This document shows, piece after piece, positions 38,183 through 53,104 of a stretch of 64,000 nucleotides of DNA (within the stretch, counting starts at the first letter, position 1; each line of letters opens with the position of its first letter). The DNA is from Octopus sinensis. Its lineage: Eukaryota. The DNA is taken from positions 14,012,001-14,076,000 of the forward strand of contig NC_043006.1 of NCBI RefSeq assembly GCF_006345805.1. Direction: 5' to 3'. The notes beneath the pieces were generated by a model, which ran no database searches, was not told the DNA's origin, and saw only the letters and a program-made list of their open reading frames with translations. The position numbers and the translations under genes were made by a program.

Positions 38183-38473
38183 AGCTTAGCCAGGCTCAGG
38201 GGCCCGGTTTCCCGGTTTCTGTGGCGTATATGTTCCCCCCAGCTGGTCGGGACGCCAGTCCATCGCAGCGTTACTCAAGAAACAGGAAGAGAGAGTGAGA
38301 GAAAGTTGTGGCGAAAGAGTACAGCAGGGGTCGCCACCACCACCCTGCCAGAGCCTCGTGGAACTTTAGGTGTTTTTGCTGAATAAACACACACAACACA
38401 CAGTCTGGGAATCGAAACCGCGATCCTCCGACCGCGAGTCCGCTGCCCTAACCACTGGGCTATTGCGCCTCCA
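38183..38473 (-). mobile_element. SINE family C2
   Basis: Aligns to 23488-23791. Confidence 0.85.
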
Positions 38474-39514
38474 CACATAAAATATATCCTGAAATTTATA
38501 TACTGCCAACAGAAAGTATGTAATGTTTTTGTTTTTTTTATGGAAAAACAGAAGGAAGAAGCTGTTCCCATTGAAACTAATAATTAATGAGATCCGATGG
38601 CGGTGTGTTTACGTCCCCGTAACTTAGCGGTTCGGCAAAAGATTCCGATAGAATAAGTACTAGGCTTACAAAGAAAAGTTCTGGGGTCGATTTGCTCGAC
38701 TAAAGGCGGTGCTCAAGCATGGCCGCAGTCAAATGACTGAAACAAGTAAAAGAGTAAAAGAGTGAAAGTGTAATAATGAGATATTGATTTATGCGATATG
38801 ATCTTGCTTCTAGTTATTAAAATGTGAATGATTAATTAATATAGAGATTATTTTAAAATTTACAAACTAATTTCAATGGTGATTCGTGTTATGTTGGATT
38901 TTCATAAGCTACATGTGATTCGAAGCAAGATAATGAAGAGGCTTAGCATTAAAGACTTAATGAAAATATATGAGGAACTATCTAATTAACAATGTTAGAA
39001 TTTTGTATTTACTTTACATTCTTTCTAGTGGTACGCAGAGAATGGTTAAGAAGCTCGCTTCGGAACCTCGACGTCCCAGGTTCAGTGCCACTACGTGGCA
39101 TCTAAAGCAACAGTTATTTTCGATGGCCTCGAGCACATTGATGTTGTTTTAAGTGAAACTGGGTATATTGTGTGAATGGAGTCTATGATTTACTCTGCTG
39201 GTATGCCAAGTTTTCGCTAAAGCCGAATGCTTAAGGTGTTTGCTCGCAAACATGAGTTCTCAGGTTCGGACCCGCTACGAAGCGTCTTGAGCGAAATTTG
39301 GGAAGATTCGAGTAGACCCCACCCCTACTGTGTGATTAAAATTAAGTTTATGGAAACTATAAAGAATCCTGTTAGGTGGACTATAATTCAGAGAGTCAAC
39401 CTTGTTACACACTGTATCCTCATTCTTCCAGAGACTAATGTTAACTGTACAAGTACCAGTGAAAAGCGCAGCTCCTTACACGTTAATACAGGAGCAACTA
39501 ATTCAGTCGATCAG

Positions 39515-39898
39515 TGGAGGCGCAATGGCCCAGTGGTTAGGGCAGCGGACTCGCGGTCATAGGATCGTGGTTTCGATTCCCAGACCGGGCGTTGTGAGTG
39601 TTTATTGAGCGAAAACACCTAAAAGCTCCACGAGGCTCCGGCAGGGATGGTGGTGATTCCTGCTGTACTCTTTCACCACAACTTTCTCTCACTCTTACTT
39701 CCTGTTTCTGTTGTACCTGTATTTCAAAGGGCCGGCCTTGTCACTCTCTGTGTCACGCTGAATATCCCCGAGAACTACGTTAAGGGTACACGTGTCTGTG
39801 GAGTGCTCAGCCACTAACACGTTAATTTCACGAGCAGGCTGTTCCGTTGATTCGGATCAACCGGAACCCTCGTCGTCGTAACCGACGGAGTGCTTCCA
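39515..39898 (+). mobile_element. SINE family C
   Basis: Full length; TSD aattcagtcgatca. A further 3' fragment lies at about 61700-61850(-). Confidence 0.9.
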
Positions 39899-40478
39899 CA
39901 ATTCAGTCGATCAAACAATTGAATTGACATCGTCGAGCAATGGAGATCACCCATTATTTGACAAACAATTTATTTTTTCAAAGCGGAAATTTGACTATTT
40001 TGGTTTGTTTTAGTTTTGTTTTTTCTTTCAATCGAGATATGTCCAAAAACAGCTTATTTGTACTAATTTTAAGACGAAAGAAGTCAGTAAGTTCTGAGCT
40101 GAGAAACTTTGCCTGCATATGATATCAATTTCATTAGAAAGAATGAGATGTATTGGTTATTAAATATACCTAAAATATCTTCTTCTAAAGATAAAGTAAA
40201 TATTTCCTTTATCTATAGTATTATCCTGCTAAGATCTACAAACACAGCGTATTAAAGCAACAGTTCCTTAACTATGGAACGACAGCAGAGACATATATAT
40301 ATATATATATAAACACTTTTGTGTCACTTCAAGGCTTTACATAAAGAACAGAAAGTTTACAAAACTCAGTGAAAAAGAATTTAGTGAAGAAGCCAAATAG
40401 GTGCTTAACTTTTTGTTGGAAATGTGTTGCTACGAGAGTAAAATTTGGATGCTTTGAAGCTGATAAAATGTTATATAC

Positions 40479-40555
40479 CTTTCAACAAATAGCTCTTGTG
40501 AAAAAAATACCATACACGCAGCAACATTGGGATAGGCTTATCCGAGGAAAATATT
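40479..40555 (-). CDS. Candidate upstream Ctr exon (pre-TM1 segment)
   Basis: 77-nt segment with acceptor ccatctactcaacag and donor gtatat, ending in phase 1 on G as required. It encodes IFSSDKPIPMLLRVWYFFHKSYLLKG, loosely like Ctr2 FIFSDTAVLLFDFWSVHSPAG. Weak similarity only. Confidence 0.3.
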
Positions 40556-41847
40556 CTGTTGAGTAGATGGATGAATTGACAAGCAGACAAACAGACAGAC
40601 AGATTAAATAAATTGCATTGTTGAAAATGCTGAAAGAAGTATTGAAAAGTTTTAAAATACCGAAACCAATCAGAAGAGATGTCTACGTATCTGTCTGATC
40701 ACTATAGCATTTACCTGGCAGCATGACGCACGAACACTTTCATATCGTATGCACTCTTACTATAAACGCACCTCAGACAAACTCTGTGTATTTTTCAATA
40801 TAAATTGCTGAATCGATATTTGAAAGGATTCATGCATAGATCGCACATCTAACACCATGGTTCAGAATTTGCAATGAAGCTGCCAAACTTTCATCAGTAT
40901 CTGTACTTTGCCATTTCTATTTGTTATATATTTGATTTTGGAATGTTTCGGGAAAGGTGATGTCATAAAACATCAATAGAAGTGTGAAGGTGTAGAAAGA
41001 GTAACGAAGTGAGACGGTAGGGTGAGGATTAGAGGATTTAATTTTGGAGATAATAAGAATTGTCAGTTAAAACCTATGAAAAGGTAGTCGGTTTGAAATT
41101 TTTAAGCTAACCAATAAGTAGCACACTAATAAGAGGTGCGACGTAGTAATTTCATTTAACTATTATTAAAATTACTTCAGAAAAATCGATATTCATGTAA
41201 GTAATTATATTCTTTAAATATGTTCATTTACTTCGTAGTCACTTCAGAGATTTAAGGTTTGTAAAATTCATCGTAATTTTTAAGATGTTCTCTAAAATAC
41301 TTAGTTTTGTTTCGTTGTTATTTTAGTTTTTTTTTTTTTTAGTCTTCAAATCATCTATTTAAAATACTTCAGAAAATTTAGAGCGGTGGAGAAAAACGCA
41401 GATCAAACGGCAAAATTATTAATTTTAGATATATTTTTCAAGATTTTTTAAACTAACGAATACTCAGAGCCTGGAATTTATAACTTCACTTTGCTATTGT
41501 CAGTCTAAAAGAGTTACTCCATGGCACTGTTCGCTTAACGAATCATATTCTCTAAAATGTTCTTTAAAATATCATTTATTATAAAATTTTATTAAATTTT
41601 TTATTCAGTATTTCCTTAGCTTCCATTTCAGATATTAGGAGAACGGTGGGAAAAATACATATCAAAGAGCAAAATTATTATCATCAATACTATTATTATT
41701 ATTATTATTATTATTATATTATTATTATTATTATTATTATTATTGACATTATGTTGTCTGACGAACGTAGTCTTTCGAAATATTTGCCTTTTCAACTTTT
41801 TTGAAGTAGCTGAATGTTAGTCTGTTTGTCTGTGTTTATGTATGTAA

Positions 41848-41993
<146 letters not shown>

Positions 41994-42775
41994 TGTATAG
42001 AAATTAAATATAAATTACAAAATGGGACTCAGTCGGGAACCGGATCATCTTAGCAATTTCGGCTGATTAATCCTGATATCGCTCCGATACGGCCAGCCCC
42101 AAAGAAAAACTAAGCTACGAGCATTAGATTTCTTGGAAAGAGGATCGAATGTATACGAAACAAGGACAGGATGCCACACGAATAGAAATACAAGAAACAA
42201 AAAATAGAAATAAAAAACAAGAATAGTAATAACGGGACATATATATATATACATATACATATATATATATACATACATACATACACTCTAATATTGAACA
42301 GTGCAGCGTGCTCAACACCGCATTGATGGATAAGTTTTATTTGGGAGTATTTGGAGGGGGGGTAACAAGGCTACCAACGGTTTCATGCAAGAAATAATCT
42401 CAACATATTTCAACCTTACTACATGGGAACGCTGGCACTCGTCTCCGTTTTGGATGGGAACACACGAAGTTATATAAGTCTATTCGAGATTTCAGGATAA
42501 TTAGACAACTCATGGAAGGTACCTTTGCATTACCTCTGGAACTGCGTTCACCATGGATTGACTTGTTCCTTTACAATCTGAGAACGCACGTGCACGTGTA
42601 AATTTATAAAATATAAATACACAAATATGTACACGTGCACATCCATACAAAACACAATATATATATATATATATATATACACATACATACACACATACAT
42701 ATGTATACATATATTAATATAAGCTTATACATATATAGACACACACACACACTCACCACACACACACACACACAC

Positions 42776-42828
<53 letters not shown>

Positions 42829-42853
42829 ATATATATATATATACATATATATA

Positions 42854-44404
42854 CAAGGTGATATCAAAAGTTTCCCAGACTAGTTATGTTTCATAAAAAA
42901 TAACTTATTTACCTAAATAGTCACCTTGCGAACAACATCAGCACTGTCGTTGATTATCCCAGTGTCCCTGCCACTTTTGGAATACGGCCTGGAAGTCGTT
43001 TTCGTAAGCGAGTCGAGGACCTTATGCGACCTGCTCTGGATCTCGACAACGGTGTTAAAACGGCAACCTTTGAGCTGTATTTTCATCTTGCGGAAGAGAT
43101 GGAAGTCCACGGGTGCTAGATCTGCCGAATAGGGCGGATGCGCAAGCGATACAATGCAGTTTTTGGCGAGAAACTTACGATGAGGAGAGATCGGTAACAG
43201 GGCGCATTGTCGTCGTGAAGAATCCACTTCTTCGCGCTCCACATATCCGGTCGCTTTCGCCAAATGTCCTCCCTCAAACGCTTCAGAATGTCTCAGTCGA
43301 ATTCTCGATTGAGGGTGTGGCTCCAAGGGACGAATTCTTGATGTACAATACCGCAAGTGTGGAAAAAACAGTGAGCAGGCTCTTAATTGAGCTGCGGATC
43401 TATCGTGTCTTCTTCGTGTCTCTAACACTGCGACGGCTGCTGCTTCGTATCCGGGTCGCATCCGTCGACACAACTCAACATCGTGGACATGAAGAATGGG
43501 TCACCTGTGGCACGCTGACGGAGATCTTGATAGACTTCGACGCGATGTTCTTTCTTCTCGGTGGTCAGCAGGCGGGGGACAAACTTGGCAGAGACGTTAG
43601 GATTGTCTGCACGGACCCATACGACGGGCGAACAGCATCAGCAATGTCGTTGATTATCTTCCGACAATCCTCATGCACAATCTGAGGAAGGTTCTCCACA
43701 TTTCCAGGCGTGCCGCTCGTCGTAGGTCTTCCAGATCGCTCATCGTCTTCTAGGGACGTTCTTCTGTTTTTGAAATGCTCCTGCCACTGGAAACATTGAG
43801 TACGACCCATTGTTTCGTCGCTGTAATTTTGTCGAAGTATGTTCAAAGTCTCTGGAGCAGCGGTCTCGCGGTCGAGGGATCGCGGGTTCGAATCTCAAAC
43901 CGGGCGATGGGTGTGTTTATGAGCGAAAACACCTAAGCTCCATGCGGCTCCGATAGAAGGTAATGACGAACTTCTGCTGACTCTTTCACCCCAACTTTCT
44001 CTCACTCTTTCCTCCCGCATCTTGCAGCTCACCTGCGATGGACCGGCATCCCGTCCAGGTGGGGAACCTATACGCCAAGGAAACCGGGAAACCGGCCTTT
44101 ATGAGCCAGGGATGGCTCGAGAAGGAACAAACAACAAACAAACAAAAGTCTCTCTGTAGCAGACTTCCTAAGTTTAGCGCAAAATTTCAGGTTGGCTCTT
44201 TGTTCCAATTCCTTGTCCCTGGCAAAATTGCATACACGTGATCACAAAAACATAAATTTCACAACTTGCGAAGTAAAAATAGCAACGTCAGTCGACACAC
44301 TGCCTCATGAAGGTCACTGATAACTCTCACTGCGCACGCAACTGTGTTCTGCCATCTGTTGCCGCGCTACAGAACTTGTCCGGGAACTTATTAATACCAC
44401 CTCG
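42854..44404 (-). mobile_element. Near full-length degenerate mariner transposon interrupted by a SINE
   Basis: N-terminus KFCAKLRKSATETLNILRQNYSDETMGRTQCFQW..DDERSGRPTTS and C-terminus HPPYSADLAPVDFHLFRKMK. Imperfect TIRs caaggtgatatcaaaagtttcccagactagtt / aacttgtccgggaacttattaataccacctcg, with TA on the left. Confidence 0.9.
43857..44140 (+). mobile_element. 5'-truncated C2-related SINE inside the mariner
   Basis: (CAAA)n tail; TSD about aaagtctct; splits the transposase frame. Confidence 0.85.
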
Positions 44405-44423
44405 TTTATACACATATGTGTGT

Positions 44424-44521
<98 letters not shown>

Positions 44522-44574
44522 GTGTATGTCTGTAAGTATTTGTGCATGTATGTATATCATGATTCAGCTTATAT

Positions 44575-45530
44575 ATATTTAAATGTTTAAACTTCTGGTA
44601 AGTTTTACAGATTTGTTACAGTTCCTGTGATGACTTGGATCTGTAGTCCTCGACTAATCTTTCTCCTTTCTGGTTTTGAGAAGCCTAATTTCTGAAGATT
44701 GGTATACAGGTATAAACCTGAACTTGTAATCTGGTTAGAATAACTGTAGATTTCTCAATAGCTCAACGTTGTATTCTCTTTTACACTGAACTTCAGCTTT
44801 ATGTTAACAACCGTTAGGCAGCTGCTTTCCACAACTGTACACAGTTTCTCTTCTCTATTCCAAATCATTATGTCAGGTCTATTATGTTTACATTTTATTG
44901 ATGTATTCACTGGGACATTTCACCAATACTTCTTTTTATTATGAGTGGCTATGGCTTCCACCATACAGTAGGTTCTTATTTCTTTGTCCTCGGAGTTATT
45001 CTCCTGACAGATCTCGTTATACAGTGTCCTAGCCATAACATCACGTCTCATCGATAGATAATACCGTGATAACATTTTCGGATAAATGCTTGTGATATGG
45101 ATGATATCTTCGGTGTTGTGATATGGTTGATATCTTCGGTGTTTACTCCACAAAGTCTGCATCGTTTGTCACATTTTACTGCTTTTCTTGCATCACCTTT
45201 ATGCATCAGATATTTGGTTGATATTTCCTGTACCTGGATTGCAAACGCATACCCTTCAAAGTGGGAGGTAATAATCCGGTTGTTGGTCCATGACTGCTTT
45301 GATGATCAATGTTACTATCATCTCGGAGCTTTCTAGTAACATGTCCATTCATGGTATTCAGCTCATATATGCTCGTCCTTTCATCTGATAATACGTTGCG
45401 ATAGAGTCGTGCGACTTCTTTGGGCATGTAGTCTAGGTTATCAGACAAGGAATGCTACTCAAGGAACTGCCTTCTAAGTCTTCTGATGTTATCAATCTCA
45501 TGTGTGCGAACTTGATCAAGAGATGCACTT
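44575..45530 (-). mobile_element. Longer degenerate copy of the second RLE LINE family
   Basis: Aligns to 27130-27705 (RYYLSMRRDVMARTLYNEI...); multiple frameshifts. Confidence 0.8.
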
Positions 45531-45641
45531 CGACACTTGGTGATCAAAAGATATTGCCGAAAGGATGTGATACGACACTCAAAGGCAGTTTGGATCGACG
45601 TTAAGCCTCTACCGCGTTGTTTTCATTTTAGGTGCTTGTTA

Positions 45642-45672
<31 letters not shown>

Positions 45673-46559
45673 TGTATGTATGTATGTATGTATGTGTATG
45701 TATGCATGTATGCATGTATGTGTTGTAGGGAATTAGTAATAATGATACACCCCTTCCACGTGACGAATGGGATAACCACAATTTTTGTACAAGTAAAACA
45801 ACAATCATGTGTATATACATATATACAACGTATACACTGACAATTATGGACAAAAAGGTAATCTGGCGCCAAAGCATTAGATAATGCACATATGCACCCT
45901 TTAGACGACAGTAACAGGGAGACACACTTATACACTGAAAACCTGTGCCCTTGCACACATATGTACTTGAATAACTTTTATAAACATGACTGAATTTATA
46001 GTGGCGATGTAGGTATAAGCATACATTATTATATTACAAAAAAACAAATATACCTTATAGAAATATATATATATATGTAAATTATATTTGAAAATTATTT
46101 AAATATATTATAAACATTTGAATAAAAAGTAAAAGAAATTTTAAAAAAAACAGACAAAACAAAAATAGTTGTAAAAATAGTTATAAATCTAGGTTTCTAA
46201 AAATATCTATACATAAAAAATTAAATTTAAAAATTATATAAAAAGGATTATATGTATATATATATATATATATAGGGGAGACCATAATCAAATGTGTGGT
46301 TTATTATGTATATTTATATACTGGAATGCTTTTGTACGTATGTGTAAAGTATCCACCTACGGAAGATGCATTTTTTAGATCTGAGCGTATATATAAATAA
46401 ATATGCACTTTTGACAATTGGAACTACAGTATATTACTTACGGGCAAAGAATACATAGATGCGTACTTTTACAAACTTTAATTATATAATGAATTTAATA
46501 TCATATATACACCGTAAAATATATGTATATATACATATACGTACATACATATATGGATA

Positions 46560-46634
<75 letters not shown>

Positions 46635-46965
46635 TACTTGTGTACACATATGCACAACCACACATAAACTTATAGATATACATGTAGCAGTACAAAAAAC
46701 TCATACATACGCGTAAGATTAAAATAACTTAATACATATACAGGTATGTAGGAATATATAATGATGCGCTTGCAAACAGACAATACATAGAACATATGGA
46801 CATAGGTCTACAAGTACATTATATATATATATATATATATATATAGAAGGATATATATATAAACACCCACACCCACACACACATATATACACACACATAC
46901 ACACGGATACAAATAGATACTTACAGATAATGGTATATTATGTATATATATGTATATATATATTA

Positions 46966-47062
<97 letters not shown>

Positions 47063-47070
47063 AATTATTA

Positions 47071-47452
<382 letters not shown>

Positions 47453-47461
<9 letters not shown>

Positions 47462-47559
47462 CGCGTTTCATGACAATAAATCTATCGATATTGCTAAAGT
47501 AGAAGGTCTCGAAATTCAATACTTTATCGATCCGACTATGCTGCCAATCTTCAGGTCTA
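47453..47559 (-). ncRNA. Type I hammerhead ribozyme with long stem II
   Basis: UAGAC-CUGAAGA-UUGGCA...UGUCAU-GAA-AC-GCGU-GU-A-GUCUA. Inner helices AUCGAU/AUCGAU and AAAGUA/UACUUU. A U-U mismatch closes stem II. Confidence 0.65.
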
Positions 47560-47968
47560 GATTATATAAAACTATTTTACTATTTACAACCTATATAGAG
47601 ACATGATAATCAAAATTATATATTTAGTAATCATCGAAATAATTTATCTTAACTAAAAACGAAATAAATCATAAAAAATAAGAAAAAGGAAAAAGAAATT
47701 TAACTTATCTTTTTGGTAAGTCCCCTTACTCGCCTCGAATTAATCATGGCTACTGAGTGAACAACGTATATTCCATCTTAGAGAGATCCAGTGTAAGGGA
47801 GATAATTCTTATTAACTTTTATCTCTCCTTTTATCTACCCTACACTGGAGCACTCTAGGATGGAATATTACTTAAATACTTATAAAGAAACAGTACACCC
47901 TCATAAACAAATAACGAAAACTCCCAATACTTTTCATAACCATAACAATAATGGTAAACAGGACAATC

Positions 47969-48019
<51 letters not shown>

Positions 48020-48325
48020 TAATAATAATAAAATATACATAAACTTAAGCATGATGAACACTTATAACATAAATAAAATTCATAATAAGAATAAAATTCA
48101 TAGAAATTACCACGTTTCTAAGGACACTAGTATACATGACCCCCAAAATACTGAAAACGTAAACCCCAACTATATAATTAAAGATACTAATAGGAACATA
48201 AAGATAACAATAAAAAAAACCATGATAATCAGAGTAAGACAGCTAACAATAAGGATAAGAATAACTATGATAATATAATTAATAATGATAATAACAACAT
48301 AGTAGAAAAGAAACCAATACCATGT

Positions 48326-49100
48326 ATGAGAAAAAATAACTTTTTGAATACAAATCAATGCTCGACCATGGAAGATAATGATAAAACCATTTGGATAATA
48401 ATTCCCTTTGCTAAGCATTTAAAGACGGACTTTATAAGATCTATCAGAAAGATTATAAAAAAGAATTTTTTAAACACCAGATACGCAAAAGTATTTAATA
48501 ATAAACATATCAGATTTGGATTTTCAGTTTCTCTCAACCTTTTTAGGATAATATCTTCATTTAATAAGATGGAACTAGATCAATTCTATGAAAATAAAAC
48601 TACAAAAACTGAACCTAGAACATACAAAAAGAATAATAAACTATACAATGGCATAATTAACATTATGAATTCTCTTAATAACCACAATACTTATAAATCA
48701 ACAAAATCTACAAATAGCACCATATCACCCACACATATAAATTGCAACTGTAGAAACCCGAACACTTGTAAATTAGACAGAGATTGTAAAAGGAAAAATG
48801 TTGTATACCAAGCAACAATTATAACACAGGATTCCTCTAATTATCTTTATATCGGATACACACAAAACTCAATCAAATCGCGAATTTGTAACGACGAATC
48901 GACCTTTTGGGACCAAAGAAAAATGAACAGTACTGGACTCTCAAACAAAATTTAGTACCTAAAACAAACAATGCTGATTTCTCAATTCATTGGAAAATTC
49001 TATAATCTGCACCTTCTTACAAGATTAACAATAAAATTCGTAGATTATACCTTGAAGAAAGCTGTAATATAATGAAAATAAATGGAAACCTAGTAAACCG
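48326..49100 (+). pseudogene. Penelope-like element GIY-YIG endonuclease remnant
   Basis: CNCRNPNTCKLDRDCKRKNVVYQATII...YLYIGYTQNSIKSR...STGLSNKI*YL..FSIHWKIL...RLYLEE..LVNR matches the Penelope linker and GIY-YIG pattern. It contains stops and a frameshift; no RT was seen. Confidence 0.8.
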
Positions 49101-49580
49101 TTTGTTTTTTTTTTTTTTCGTGTAAACACATGACAAGATTCCTTTTCACTCATCTAAAATAACTAATTATTATCCTTAATGATGTTTTATGATAATTTTT
49201 AACATCACACTATATACTCCTTTATCACACTATATAACACAGTAACTTTTTTTAATTTAATATTTCCTAATTTCGTTAATTATATTATTTAATTATGATA
49301 ACTGAAAGACTTTTTATGTATATAGCCAATGGGTATCATGTGTCTCTCTATTTATTGATACGCATGCATATATGAAATTTTGCTTGTCTATATGTTTTTA
49401 AACATCTGTTTGTACGTGTGTATATAGATGTGTATATTTTGATTTGTATATATTCGAATTCAATCACCCATTTACTTGCATGTATGTACTAGCAAGATCT
49501 GTTACTGGTACACGGATAAGGGTATATCGGAGTATAGGTGAGAATATATTTTTATTACATATAGAGATATGTGTATATAT

Positions 49581-49660
<80 letters not shown>

Positions 49661-49810
49661 TTATTTATTTTATAGAAGGAGCTTCTACAGGACTAGAACT
49701 GTTTCATTCAAAAGAAATCATCAATAATTGAGTACCTTATTTACTGTGGTTAACCCCGACTCAACCCGGGACATATATATATATATATATATATATATGA
49801 ATTGATGCTA

Positions 49811-49994
49811 TGTTGCCAACTTAACGTCGCAGTACTATGAAAGGGAAGAATGCTACTGCTATTTAGCCCTAAGAAACGCCGTTTCCAGTTAGTTATGCCA
49901 CATTTTTTGTGTTTTTATGTTTTCAAATGGGGAGATAAGCACCTCCATCCAGTATACTTCCCTTTCATGGGACTGCCACATTAAGATGGCAACA
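49811..49994. mobile_element. Small MITE with TA TSD
   Basis: Imperfect 38-bp TIRs tgttgccaacttaacgtcgcagtactatgaaagggaag / cttccctttcatgggactgccacattaagatggcaaca, flanked by TA. Confidence 0.6.
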
Positions 49995-50088
49995 TACCAT
50001 CACTTTATCGTGTTGCTACTGTATAAATCTCTCTGAGATATTTAGAAATGTAATATTTCTATTATATATAATATATATATATATATAA

Positions 50089-50173
<85 letters not shown>

Positions 50174-50514
50174 GCAAAAATTTAGATTCAAATGAATATG
50201 ATACTTAATTTAGATGTACCAGAATTCTGTATGGTGTTATCTATATGTTTTCTACATTAATTCCTTATATGGAGCTCTGACATCCCCTTTACCCCATTTC
50301 TATAATTAGAAAATCTTTATTGTCTCCTTTCATTTGTTCTTCCCTCTCAGAACCTTACAGTAGTCTGGAACAACTGAATCTTAGTCAGTCAGTTGATGGG
50401 CTCCGCTACCTCAAATGTTCTTAAAATTTAAATCCACATCTTTGTCTATATATCTACCTTCTCTATAACGTTGCCGCTTGATATGATAATTTTTGTATTA
50501 ATGGAAAACCTCTA

Positions 50515-50607
50515 TAATTGGCTGATGAGTGCTCAGCATTTTTAAACTGTCGCAATACTTACAACATTTAATCAAATGATGTAGTACGAAACGATCGTAC
50601 CAAATTA
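50515..50607 (+). ncRNA. Type I hammerhead ribozyme
   Basis: UAAUUGG-CUGAUGA-GUGCU...AGUAC-GAA-ACGAUCGU-A-CCAA(A)UUA. Intact core, palindromic stem III, GUA triplet (cut after 50599). Confidence 0.75.
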
Positions 50608-50685
50608 CCGGAGTCATTCTTGTTGCTTATTTTGATGAATATATATATATACATGTATGTGTATATGCATGCATGTGTGTATGCG

Positions 50686-50736
<51 letters not shown>

Positions 50737-51797
50737 AATAATATCACATTATCTGTATTTATTTGTATCCGTGTGTATGTACGTATATTTGTGTATATAT
50801 ATATCTTCCTATTTATATGTATTCTCTTGTAGACCTATCTCTATATGTTCTCTGTATCATCTGTTTGTAAGCGTATCATTCTATATCATTATATATCATT
50901 GTATATGTATTAAGGTATTTTAATCTTAAACGTATGTATGAGTTTTTTTATACTGGTATATGTATATCTATATGTTTATCTGTGGTTGTGCCTATGTGTA
51001 TACATGTGAATATATATATATATATATATATATTAAGGAAGTTATTTCCGAGTCCACAGGGGAGAGAGGTTCAATTTAGTTGTACTAAAATGAATTACTC
51101 ACTGTATTATATACATATATATATATAAATGTATTATATACACATATATTGATAGGTTTAAGAGATATAATCACCCTCGAGCAACTCAATCATCATTGAA
51201 CGACATTATCCACAGTAGGACTAAATATTAAAAAATTATCAAAATTAATACCTTCAATTTTTATTCTAAATCATATACATTACGTTATATAGACTACATT
51301 ATATAGACTATATAATGTAACGTACATGATTTAGAATAAGAATCATGCGTCACGTACTTTTACAGCTGCATGCTTCTTCGAAATCTTGAGCATCAATCAG
51401 GCGACGATTTTCACAGACAACCGTATACACTATTTCTATGTGATCGTCTTTCATTGTTGTAGAACATCATTTAACATTGAGATTGTCTTCGATAGATATT
51501 TCTCTCGATTTCAGTCGATATGACCACATTTAATATTAAGAAACCTTCCTGTAGTCTTGTTTCAACATTAACAATAATTCCGATAAGTTATTTCCAAATT
51601 TTAAAATGAAAACCTACAAACACTTAGAGCTAAATACTTCGTTATTCAACTTGCGAAAATCGCCAAGTGAGCTAGGCATGCATTCATTGTGGTATGTGTA
51701 AATTAATAGCTTACTTACGTAGCATGTAGTGATTTGTCTATTATTAGTCCGAAAGCCAATATTACTTATACACAGCACTATATTCATGAGTACACAG

Positions 51798-52028
51798 GGG
51801 CGGCGAGCTGGCAGAAACGTTAGCACGCCAGGCGAAATGCGTAGCCGTATTTCGTCTGCCGTTACGTTCTGAGTTCAAATTCCGCCGAGGTCGACTTTGC
51901 CTTTCATCCTTTCGGGCTCGATAAATAAAGTACTAGTTTCGCACTGGGACCGACGTAATCGACTTAATCCCTTTGTCTGTCCTTGTTTGCCCTCTCTGTG
52001 TTTAGCCCCTTGTGGGTAGTAAAGAGAA
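51798..52028 (+). mobile_element. SINE family B
   Basis: Full-length copy. Confidence 0.9.
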
Positions 52029-52044
52029 AATATATATATATATA

Positions 52045-52560
52045 AATGAGGATGAACGCTATCGTTAGAGTTTAAAACTATCGCAGAGAAGGGCCTTGAA
52101 GTTGAAATATTGGAAGGTATTAAGTTGCTTCCGCATCAACAAGTAAGATTGGAATTGTTTTCTTTTGCTTCAAATTTCGATGTATTAAAACTATTATTTA
52201 ATTATGGTGAGAATATGGCTTCCAGTTGCAACAACTGTAAAATTTATAGCACTTGCCCATCGTGTATACTAATATTTCTGGCATCCATCAGGCTTCATTA
52301 CAAGGCATATGAGAACGTTTATGAACTTTATAAACTCATCTGCACACTATCAGTTATCCAAGTTCAATGTGTGAGGATGCTTTCAAAGTTAAAGATTATA
52401 AAGACAAGGCTAAAAAGTTCGCTGTCTGAGGAGAACTTGGAAGCGTACATGTTGCTATCCGTTGAAAAGGAATTCTTAGATGAATTGGATACCGAAGCAG
52501 TTATTGACATTTTCGCTTAATCATCTAGTGAACTCAAACGATTGTTCTTAATATAGTGTA
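52045..52560 (+). pseudogene. hAT transposase C-terminal dimerisation-domain remnant
   Basis: YENVYELYKLICTLSVIQVQCVRMLSKLKIIKTRLKSSLSEENLEAYMLLSVEKEFL follows the hATC pattern (CER.FSKLK.IKTRLRS). Confidence 0.8.
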
Positions 52561-52814
52561 TTGCATGTGATACAAGTTTTGTACGTTTGAATTATCTGTC
52601 AATGTGTAAAGTCTGCAGTACAATTAAACTATTTAAAAATATCCACCAATTATTTAAGATTTAAAAAAATTGGTACATGTATATGTTTTCCTTTTGGCTT
52701 CGCCGAGGTCGCGAACGGTATACCTCGTCGACTGACATCGCTTGTTGTGTCTGTCCGCTACATCTCACTTTGGAGGTGTCCTACATAACACCCACCCAAA
52801 AAAAATTACACAGA

Positions 52815-52879
<65 letters not shown>

Positions 52880-53104
52880 TAATTTTTCAATTTCCATTTT
52901 CTTCAACATAGAACTATTATTTTGACAGAATTTTATCACAGAAATTTTTTTTTTTTCGTTTTCAATTTTTCCCAGAAAAAAAATTCTAATGCTCTCCTTT
53001 AGATCCTTCCCTTGCGTATAGATCGAATGCTCTTCAACAGGAATTTTAATATTATCCACAGCATGTAGTCCATCATTGTATCTTCGCTCGACACTGTTCT
53101 TAAC

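Noticed and set aside
40810-40903. Minus-strand CUGAUGA...CUUUCAAAUAUC
   Set aside because: G12 is missing and stem I does not pair.
41755-41795. CUGACGA...GAAAUAUU hammerhead-like string
   Set aside because: Stem II closing pair and stem I do not form.
51360-51615. Exon-like segment on the minus strand with good splice signals
   Set aside because: All frames contain stops and no recognisable protein similarity.
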